NCBI RefSeq assembly: GCF_006345805.1
Contig: NC_043011.1
Coordinates: forward strand, 57,858,464 to 57,922,463
Origin: Octopus sinensis
Lineage: Eukaryota
Direction of reading: 5' to 3'
Length of the DNA stretch: 64,000 bases
Part shown: positions 54,003-64,000 of the stretch, one piece after another
Layout: the number at the start of each line of letters is the position of its first letter
Position numbering within the stretch: the stretch's first letter is position 1
Notes under the pieces: generated by a model
What the model was told of the DNA's origin: nothing
What the model saw: the letters and a program-made list of their open reading frames with translations, nothing else
Databases searched by the model: none
Translations under genes and position numbers: made by a program

Positions 54003-54278
54003 CTATGCACATTTATATATACATATATATATGCATATAATATACACGAATAAAGAAATGTACGTTGTATCAATATGTGTTTATAGAATAGTTTCAATGT
54101 AGATGTGTGTGTGTGTTTGTGTGTGTGTATGTGTGTGGGGGTATGTGTGTGTGGCTGAATGGGTGAACTGACATAAAATAAATAGCAACGCTGCATTAAG
54201 AAATAAATATTGAACTAATTAATGAAATTGTGCAACTTTGTGTGTCTGTGTAGACATACATACATACATACATGCATA

Positions 54279-54300
<22 letters not shown>
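52400..54300. repeat. ~980-bp near-identical tandem duplication
   Basis: Unique anchors (gaagatgtacatatggaagc; catagtggtagagtgtaggtgagagagc; gaagtcaggactttttac) recur about 960-990 bp apart. Confidence 0.95.
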
Positions 54301-54320
<20 letters not shown>

Positions 54321-54495
54321 CATACATACTCGTAAATGTTTGTGTGTGAGTGTGTAAAATTATACTCACTTGTATATAAGGATATACAATGCATGTATAT
54401 ATGTGTGTTTGTGTGTATGTATTTTTCATAATGATATGCATTTTCATACGCACATATAAATACACTTATACGTTTAATATATTCCTCTGTGTTTG

Positions 54496-54552
<57 letters not shown>

Positions 54553-54640
54553 TATATATAAATAATTACATGTGTGTACATTTATTCTTAGAAATGAATA
54601 CAAATAATTGCATATGAAAATTGCATTCTATACGCATATG

Positions 54641-54672
<32 letters not shown>

Positions 54673-54922
54673 TTATATATATATATCTATATGAATATAT
54701 TTATATATATATTCTTATATGTATATATACATATATATGTATGTATATATATATGCCTATATACATACATGCATATACATACATCTACGCATACGCGACG
54801 CATGTCTGTATAAACATGTAGACATGTGTACACACACATACAAACACATCTACATACTCACAAATGTAACTTCTATGCTGAAAATTTTGCCTTCCATACA
54901 CATATACACACTCACAAATATG

Positions 54923-54979
<57 letters not shown>

Positions 54980-55822
54980 ATATATATATACACATACATA
55001 TACACACATACCCATATACATGTGTATGCGTGTTTGTGTGTATGTGTAGATTTTATATGCTGACAGAAAACTTTAATCACACGCCATTGTACGTATGCGC
55101 ATATGAAGCTAGCTACCGATATACCTTCACAAGTTTATTCAGAAATACAAAACATATATATATAAAAAAAAAAAAGAGTAATGAATCTGCACATATTTTT
55201 TCTATGTTTTAGAGAGCGACATAATTACAGTGAAACGAAATGAAATTATATTAAATTAAGATGTAAAAACAGAAAATTAAAAAAAAGAGAAATGCAAAAA
55301 TATTGGGTAAATCATATGTTACGAATGATCTTCCATTTTAGTTGCCGTTAATGCTATTAGAAAAATTTCGTCTTGGCTGATTATTTCGTTGCGGTTTTTT
55401 CTGTTGAGACGCGAGATTTGGACGCAATTAAAGCAATAACTAAAATTTAATCATATAATTAACAACAGAGAAACAAATATTTCCTAATTCTTTGCATGTT
55501 TTCTGACGTTACATTCATGTAATATAATATACATACACACGTGCACACACACACACACACGCAGACACACACACACACACACAGACACACACAGATAGAC
55601 AGACACATACTGACAAACACAGACACACACACACATACACACACACGCATACACACACACACGCAGACACACAGACACACACACACACGCAGACACACAC
55701 ACATACACACATACACACACACGCAGACACACACACACACACGCAGACACACAGACACACTGACACAGACACACGCAGACACAGACAGACACAGACACAA
55801 AACACACACACACACATACACA

Positions 55823-55858
<36 letters not shown>

Positions 55859-56035
55859 AATAAAATACGCGTGTTGGTGTCCGTATTCGGTAATAGGAAC
55901 TTTTGTTACAGATTCGCTGTTCATGTGATGTATTAGGACAGGGCGTACCTGTCGCTGTTGAATATTCTCCATATGAAGCTCGTAATTTGATTACAGGTGA
56001 GAAATGCATCTCAGTATAAACGATCAGTTAAAATG

Positions 56036-56436
56036 TTGAGCTGGCAGAATCGTTAGCACACCGGGCAAAAAAGGCTCAGCGGCATTTCGTCCCTCCTTAG
56101 GTTGTCAGTTCGAGTGCCACCGAGGTTGGTTTTGTATTTTATCCTTTCGTCATCGATGAAATATGTTAAGCGCTGAGATCGATGTAATCAACTTACGAAA
56201 CTGATAACCTTCTGCCCAAATTTGAAATCAATAGAAGCGATTTGGCAGAATCGTTAGGATGCCGGACAAAATGCTTAGCGGCAGTTTGTTCGTCTTGACG
56301 TTCTGAGTTCAAATTTCTCCGAGGTCGACTTTGCCTTTCATCCTTTCAGGTCCTTAAAATAAGTACCCGTTGAGTATTGGGGTCGATGTAATCGGCTTAC
56401 ACACACACACACAAAATGATTGGCCTTTTGAAATCA
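56036..56436 (+). mobile_element. Two head-to-tail SINE family B copies
   Basis: ggcagaatcgttag... at ~56043 and ~56245. A 15-bp direct repeat tataaacgatcRgtt flanks the pair. Confidence 0.8.
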
Positions 56437-56821
56437 ATATAAACGATCGGTTGTATAGTTGCCTCTTCTACAGTAGTCGATAATTTATAGTATTTGGTAG
56501 GAGCCGTTGTGGCATAGCCGTTGCGTTACAGCCGTTTCGCACCACCTATTTGGCGTCGTTCCGTCAATACTAATTTGAAATCAAACGTTTGCTATTTCTC
56601 TTGTTCTCTTCCCTATTCCATCTCTTTCTTTCTCAATTTCTCTCTCTCTCTCTCATTGTCTCTCTTCCCCCTTCTCTCTCTGTATGTGTGTTTATTTTTT
56701 AATTATCTCTCTTTCTCTCCCTCTCTCTCACATTGTGGGGGTCATTCAAGTACGAATCCCAAAATCCTGGGCTTGCTCTGCTCTCATGTCAATTCCGATT
56801 TCTTAGACATATTTCTCGAAC

Positions 56822-56884
<63 letters not shown>

Positions 56885-57217
56885 TACCTTTAATCTGCAT
56901 GTTTGTTACAATCGAGACACTTGGGCGAGTGAAGGATAAGAGATGTTACAGTATGAACGAAAGCTTGGAGAGACGAAGTAGCAGGGACAGTAGCGAAATA
57001 TCTTCATGTAATACAACACAGACATTTTAATGGTTAGAGTTTTTCTAAGGACGTGGGCCGTACTTGTCAGCACAATCTTTTGGATTTCTCTGAGGCATGG
57101 CTCTCCTGGGATCTTATGTAAATATTTCTGCCTTCCTTTTTGTCTGTCGTTCCTAGGGCACCTATAATAGCATACATATATATATATATGTGTGTGTGTA
57201 TATCTATTATCTATCTA

Positions 57218-57249
<32 letters not shown>

Positions 57250-57416
57250 CCCCTTATTTTTGTCCTCTTTCTCTCCTTTTACGATCCCTTTTGATCGAAC
57301 CTCCCCCTTCCTTTTTTTGTTTTTTTTTTTTTTTTTTTTTTTAATACCTTCAAAGAAAAGCTCTACCTTGTAATTGTTCTATCTGTGTGCAGCCCTGTGT
57401 GGCTAATAAAGAAACA

Positions 57417-57493
<77 letters not shown>

Positions 57494-57525
57494 GTCTGTC
57501 TGTCTGCTAGTCTGTCTGTCCGCTA

Positions 57526-57597
<72 letters not shown>

Positions 57598-57629
57598 GCT
57601 AGTCTGTCTGCTAGTCTGTCTGTCTGCTA

Positions 57630-57709
<80 letters not shown>

Positions 57710-59645
57710 GTACTCATATGAGAAACCAACTTTCGCTGAAAACAGGAGTAGCTCCTGCGGAACAGTTAGTGTTGAATACAGACATTATGCAGCTTGAAAG
57801 TGTTATACTTTTGTTTACTGTAGTCCACATTTATAGGTTGGCCATGATATTTTTTCATATAGGATTCCCAATAATGAATGAGAACGAAGCAAAATGCAGA
57901 ATGATTTGAGAAAATGGATAAAGGAATCCAAGTAAAAGAAAAAGATACCAACAGCCTCCAGGAAACAACACGCAAGGACAGAAATGTAAAAAAAATAAAA
58001 ACAGATAAATGAGCGATGCACAGCAGAGGTTGATGTATTTAGAATTAGTGTTTGTGAATGTGTAAATCTATTAGGAATTGAATTAAGAACGTGAAATGTC
58101 CATTGAATAGTGTAGTGTAACCAAAAATACATACAGACAATACAATGTAGACGCTCGCCTATTGAGGTATATAATCTATTTTTAGTTGTGCGACGAAAAT
58201 GTTCGGCCTGAAAGCATTAAACGAATTAAATTATCGGTGAATGCAGTTCCGAAGCTTTCCTGAATGGCAGTTGATTAAGAAATCCGATACGATAGTCCAG
58301 CATGTGAGCACGAAGCAGGGGTTATTATATCTGTAACAGACAGATGTAGTTCGCACCCTTTCACCTGACGTGACATAGAATTTTCTTTTAACAAGTAAAT
58401 GCAAAACGTTTCATTAGCTTCAGTCAGGATTCCCAAGGAAATGCCCGTGAGAATAAAACTTTGATTTGAAGAAGCAATGAAGGATATAAATTTATTGTTA
58501 GTGACAAATAAATATTGGTATATAATATCCTTAATCATACTGTCACATTTTAAAGGTCACTAGTTGATAACAGTATTTACACCTGCTCGTATATATTAGT
58601 CAGAGTTTTCTAAGTTTACTGACACTGGATGTATTATAAATTAAATATGGTCGGCCACATTTGGGTTTAACGTAGTCAAAAATTGCACTCCTAAGTTCTA
58701 TAAAAAATTATTTGCTGATCGAATAAATCAGCAAATATTTTCTATAGAACAATCTCTGAAGTTAGCAAACACTTTACCCCTGTTGGGGGTAATTAAATAA
58801 TTTGAACCGATTCTTGGTAAAGCAGGAAATAATTTTCTGAGTTCGACACATGAGATTATTATTCCTTGACCATGTACTGGTGATGACCATTTCACTAAAT
58901 ATGACATTATAACAGAGAAAGAAACTGAAATCATACTTCATACTCATAAAACGGCCATCAATTATAATGTAAGAATAAGATATACAAGACATTTTCGTTA
59001 TTGGTATGAGTGTCGGGCAATGAGATGAATTTGTCGGATATGGTGTTGTGTGTATAATAAAAACCCGCTGTTCTGATTATCGCAAAGACAGGCTTTGACT
59101 AGAGTCCGATGTCAATTCTCGGTTAAATTGATAGAGGTGGGGGGAGAAAGATGAACGATTTAAAATAAATAAATGATTTAAAATAAATATAGTATAATTG
59201 TTGTGTGAGAAAGTATATATACTATGATTATAAAATATAGTGTCTTTCAAAAACATCCTGAATTTGAACACTATATCTCGTGTTAAAGAAAAGACAAAAC
59301 ATTTTACATTTTATATTTTATGAACATCGTCACTTACTCTCTCTCTCTCTCTCACTTTGTCTTTCCCGTGAAACTCTCTGCCTCTCTTCTTCCACTTTTC
59401 TTTATCTTGTTTTTTTTTGTTAGACGCCGTCAAAAAGATATGGCTGAAAATAGATTTTTACCGCTATCCGCGGGTGCCTCGGGAAAAAAATAAGTTGACA
59501 AAACCCAGATAGGATGTTGACGAATATCCTCCTAAACTTTGAGCGACATGTGTGCTAATTTGTGGATGTGCATAAACTACAATCACGTACACACACACAC
59601 ACATCTTGCCGTATATATATACAGATATATATAAATATATATGTA

Positions 59646-59776
59646 TTCCCAACCACAAGGTTCTGGGTTCAGTACTATTGCGTGACACTTTAGGCAAGTG
59701 TCTGCTGCTATAGACTCGGGCCGACCAAAGACTTGTGAGTATATCTGGTTGACGTAAACCGTAAGAAGCCCGTCTT
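59646..59776 (+). mobile_element. SINE family A, 5' part
   Basis: ttcccaaccac..ggttctgggttcagt...ggcaagtgtct...ctcgggccgaccaaag.cttgtgagt. Confidence 0.8.
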
Positions 59777-59990
59777 ATATATGTATATATATAATTATAG
59801 TATATTCTGTTAAGAACATAGTAGAATACAATATAAAGCTCGCTCGTCCACTTTCACATTTAAACTGTGCTTTCCAGTAGTAGTATTATATGTATTTCTA
59901 GGTTTGCATTTGGGCATCTCTCGTGTGTGAATACATAATTGAAAAAATTGGAGTCAACAAGAAGGGTACGGTTGGACATTTATTTTTTAA

Positions 59991-60032
59991 TCACTACAAT
60001 TGTTTGCACGCAACGTAGTTCATCAGATGTGA
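59991..60032 (-). ncRNA. Degenerate hammerhead-like motif of the same type as 7259-7305
   Basis: Reverse complement tcacat-CTGATGA-actacgttgcgtgc-AAAC-aatt-GTA-gtga. It has the same ACAATTGTA stem III and cleavage context, but G12 is missing. Confidence 0.4.
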
Positions 60033-60476
60033 AGGGACTTGAGTAAGAAACTATTTCCCTGCATTATGAGGTCTAGTTGTGTTTCCTCAGGTGATATGTA
60101 AATATTGTCTCTGTAAATTTAAAATCCTCGGCTTCAAGAACATTCTATTTCTCTGTCGTGACCTTAATTTAGTAGTAGTCACAAAGCCTATTTACGTATT
60201 CAAAGTGCTTTGAATACGTAAATGTAGTGGGATGGTGATTCTCGTACCCTTAAAGTGGTTGCCGTTTTAAAGAGATTGATATTTTATTTCTTTATATTGT
60301 TGATTTGTTCTTCATGGTTGGTTACACATATGATTCTCCTTAGCTGGCCTTTAAGATTCAACACTCGGACACATACACGCATATATCCGCGCGCGGTCAC
60401 ACACATACACACAACCACACACATATATATACATTCACATACATACACATATATAAAATCTACACACGCTCACATA

Positions 60477-60775
60477 TTGGGGGAAAATTTTTGGGTAAAA
60501 TTTTCGGTGAAAATTTTCGGAAAATTTTTGGGTGAAATTTTCGGTAAAAATTTTCGAAAAAATTTTTGCTTAAAATTTTCGGTGAAAATTTTCGGAAATT
60601 TTTGGGTAAAATTTTGGGTAAAAATTTTCGAAAAATTGTTGGTGAAAATTTTTGGGGAAAATTTTCGGTGAAAATTTTCGAAAAATTTTTGGAGAAAATA
60701 TTCGGTGAAAATTTTCGAAAAACTTTTGGGTAAAATTTTCGGTGAAAATTTTCGGAAAATCTTTGGGTAGAAAGT
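60477..60775. repeat. ~12-bp A4T4-core minisatellite (~25 units)
   Basis: Units such as gaaaattttcggt, aaaattttcgg and aaaatttttgggt, with a loose ~36-37-bp higher-order unit. Confidence 0.95.
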
Positions 60776-61444
60776 CCCACAAATTTCTCCCGGACATAGA
60801 TTTCTCTGTATCCGTAGAATTTGGTCTTCTTAAGTAAATGATCTGAATGTTAGTTTTCTTACACTTGGTTCACTTTCAAGGTGTACAACAAAATATTAAT
60901 TACGTCCATAGATATTCTAACCATTCGAGATATAATAACCATAACCCGGAAAGCTTACTCAGAATTCCTCAACTTTTGGTTAATGTATAAGTTTTCCGCT
61001 GCATCTCTTAATATCAGAGAAAAGACCTAACAAAGACTGTTTTTGAGAATAAAATCTATTTCCGGTCCTAATGAAAAGCATGCGAAATGAAATACTCCTG
61101 GTGTCCACTTGCTTTCAATATCAAATTGATAGACTCTTAGCTCAAATCTTTTAGGAGTTTATTTGGCAGCTTTTAAACTGTAAAAGAAAATATCAGCAGA
61201 TGTTTAGTGGGATTAATTTTAAGCTTCCTCATTTAATTACTGAAATGTCTTTCAGCAATTAAGCAATTAAGCAATTATGCATACTGTAACTTAACGAAGC
61301 AAAACGAATTAGCAGGCCACACCAACCCATTCAACAGACGTGGTATCAACGTGTGTTCTCTTGAAGCTAACTGCAAGGTTAAGGGTATGGTTTAGTTATG
61401 TTTAGTGACCGCTAACAACAAATCATAAACTTTTGTAGGTATAA

Positions 61445-61634
61445 TGTTTAGCGGTATTGCGCCTGCCGCTACGTTCTGAGTTCAAATTCCGCTGAGATCA
61501 ACTTTGCCTTTCATCCTTTCGGGGTCGATAAATAAAGTACCAGCTTTGCACTGAGGTCGATGTAATCAACTTAATTCCTTTGCCTGTCGTTGTTTGTCCG
61601 CTCTATGTTTAGCCCCTTGTGGGTAGTAAAGAAA
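61445..61634 (+). mobile_element. SINE family B, 5'-truncated
   Basis: tacgttctgagttcaaattccg...ctttgcctttcatcctttcggggtcgataaa...agccccttgtgggtagtaaagaaata. Confidence 0.85.
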
Positions 61635-61702
61635 TATATGTATATATATATGTCTATATATGTCTATATATATGTATATATATATGTCTATATATAATAT
61701 AT

Positions 61703-61966
61703 GTGGAAGCACTCCGTCGGTTACGACGACGAGGGTTCCGGTTGATCCGAATGAGCGGAACAGCCTGCTCGTGAAATTAACGTGTAAGTGGCTGAGCACA
61801 TCACAGACACATGTACCCTTAACGTAGTTCTCGGGGATATTCAGCGTGACACAGAGAGTGACAAGGCCGGCCCTTTGAAATACAGGTACAACAGAAACAG
61901 GAAGTAAGAGTGAGAGAAAGTTGTGGTGAAAGAGTAAAGCAGGGATCACCACTATCCCCTGCCGGA
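61703..61966 (-). mobile_element. SINE: body C + tail T1 (head lost)
   Basis: Reverse complement ccggcagggg...ctctttcaccacaactttctctcactct..cttcctgtttct|gttgtacctgtatttcaaagggccggccttgtcac...gacggagtgcttcc. Confidence 0.88.
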
Positions 61967-62505
61967 ACAAAATATATATATATATATATATATACGCATA
62001 GATGCAAGTATGTACATATACGTATGTATATATGCATATATACTATTTATATTATTATATATATATTTGTGTATGTGTGTGTGTGTGTGTGTGAGTGTGT
62101 GTGCATAAATAAACACGCACACACATAGATATGTTCTGAATTTCTATTCTTATACTGCTGTTGTCAGTCCAGTGTACGACGGATAAGTCTTGCGCCGGAG
62201 CATCAAAATAATATCGGTTAAAATTAATCTGAAATGAAATATTATTTCTATTTGTACGATTGAAATCAAACCACAGAGACATTGACATATCTCCCTGGGT
62301 GTCATATACGCCACTTTTCACCGACTCTTCTGTCGCTGGAAGTTTAACGCAGCCTTGAAGCAAATTTAATTAAAGGCAATAATCAAATCAGTTAAATAAT
62401 AGAGGATATTTTACTTTGCTGCTCCGTGCAACACTGGAATCACGCAACCATTATTGGGTATTGGCGGAAATTTCCCAAAGACAATACAAGGCAGCAAGAA
62501 GACAT

Positions 62506-62550
<45 letters not shown>

Positions 62551-62600
62551 CTTATTTGTATCAAACAGCAAAAGTTTTACTTTCTTCATCGTCATGACCA

Positions 62601-63069
62601 CCACCACCACCACCACCATCACCACCACCACTACACAACAGCGACAACCACGACCATCATCAACACCACCCCACCACCACCAAACCACCACCACTAACAC
62701 CAAACCGCCACCAAAGTGGTGGTGGTTTGGTGGTAGTGGTGGTGGTTTGGTGGTGGTGGTGGTGGTTTGGTGTTAGTGGTGGTGGTTTGGTGGTAGTGGT
62801 GGTGGTTTGGTGTTAGTGGTGGTGGTTTGGTGGTGGTGGTGGTGGTTTGGTGTTAGTGGTGGTGGTTTGATGGTAGTGGTGGTGGTTTGGTGGTGGTTTG
62901 GTGTTAGTGGTGGTGGTTTGGTGGTAGTGGTACCACCACCACTACCACCAAACCACCACCACCACCACTACACCAAACCACCACCACTAACACCAAACCA
63001 CCACCACCACCACCACCATCACCACCACCACTACACAACAGCGACAACCACGACCATCATCAACACCAC
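62601..63069. repeat. Strand-switching 20-bp minisatellite between two identical 69-bp direct repeats
   Basis: 62601-62669 equals 63001-63069. G-strand units ggtggtttggtg(t/g)tagtggt at 62716-62931 are flanked by reverse-complement units. Confidence 0.93.
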
Positions 63070-63212
63070 TCTGAGCTCTGGGACGAAGACCGCTTCGCTC
63101 AACAGCAACAGCAACACCACCAGCGCCATCATCATCATCATTATGATTATCATCATTATCACAACTACATGAAGCAGGAGTCTTCTGAGCATCACCACCA
63201 CCGTCAACATGG

Positions 63213-63521
63213 GTAAAGACCCCCTTCGGTCATGAGTGACCATGGGATTGCACCTAGAAAGTTACCCTCCTAGACACAAGTCCGGGCGAGGTTGTTTATG
63301 GAAGACCAGCAGTCGCCCATGCATACCAGTGTTATCCAAGGGAAAGACAAAGGGGCCGATATAGCTTGGCACCAGTGACATCGCAACTCATTTCTACAGC
63401 TGAGTGAACTGGAGCAACGTGAAATAAAATGCCTTGCTCAAGGACACAACACGCAGCCCGGTCCGGGATTCGAGCTCACAACCTCACGATCGTAAGCTCG
63501 ACGCTCTAACCACTGAGCCAT
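63213..63521 (-). mobile_element. SINE: head D + tail T3
   Basis: Reverse complement atggctcagtggttagagcgtcg...ctcgaatccc...tgtgtccttgagcaagg...tttcacgttgctccagttcactcagctg...gcaatcccatggtcactcatgaccgaagggg. Confidence 0.88.
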
Positions 63522-64000
63522 GATGAATATCATAATCCCCATCATCACCTCCTGCATTACCATCATCATCATCATCATTAACATAATCACAGCAACAAAG
63601 GCCGCCACCACCGCGACTACGAATTATCGCTTACTCACCCCCACCACAACCACTACTGCTATTTGTAGCTCCCTTAACACTAGTCATTACTTCTTTTGGG
63701 GAGGTCCTCTCACTACCACCATTAACACTATCACCATAACCATCATCATCATCATCATCATCACCATCATCAGCCACAAAAACCGCTACGAATGGTCACA
63801 CTTCCACTCCCTCCTCCATTACTGGCGTTACTTATTTCTAGTCGTGGCTGTATCTCGGCAACCATTTGTTGCGTGGCACATCCAGCATCGCTACCACCCT
63901 TAACCATCCACACTTCCGGTTACTGCACATCCACCGTCACCACCACCTTTTCGCCTCTGCCGCCGCCGCCGCCGCAGTCCCTTCCACCGCTGCCATCATT

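Noticed and set aside
60255-60797. F/K-rich repeat proteins (ENFRKIF...)
   Set aside because: Product of the A4T4 minisatellite; open on both strands.
60477-63069. CRISPR-like arrays
   Set aside because: No unique spacers between constant repeats, no cas genes, and the context is eukaryotic.

Overview
AT-rich, repeat-saturated animal nuclear DNA with one 100-N assembly gap. I recognise no intact protein-coding gene, rRNA, true tRNA or CRISPR array. Most long ORFs in the supplied track are translations of microsatellites. The tRNA-headed SINE families resemble those I recall from Octopus genomes, but this is an inference and not a database match. Supported content: one full-length dead mariner with TIRs and TA TSD, a mariner derivative with two 3' ends, an irritans-like mariner relic, a Tc1-like relic, an RTE reverse-transcriptase fragment, a nest of R4/Dong-like elements in (TAA)n tracts, Penelope-like relics with minimal hammerhead-ribozyme-like motifs and fold-back ends, about 18 SINE copies built from swappable head/body/tail modules, and many micro- and minisatellites. 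Best leads: a Penelope GIY-YIG end plus hammerhead split by the mariner, a (TAA)n-embedded short element sharing its 3' end with a Dong-like RT relic, a SINE flanked by a ~190-bp direct duplication, a dense TGACAG/TAATT motif cluster, an A4T4 minisatellite and a strand-switching 20-bp minisatellite. A few exon-like segments are low confidence only. I see no convincing wholly new biological system; the leads are variants of known transposable-element biology or untested regulatory hypotheses.
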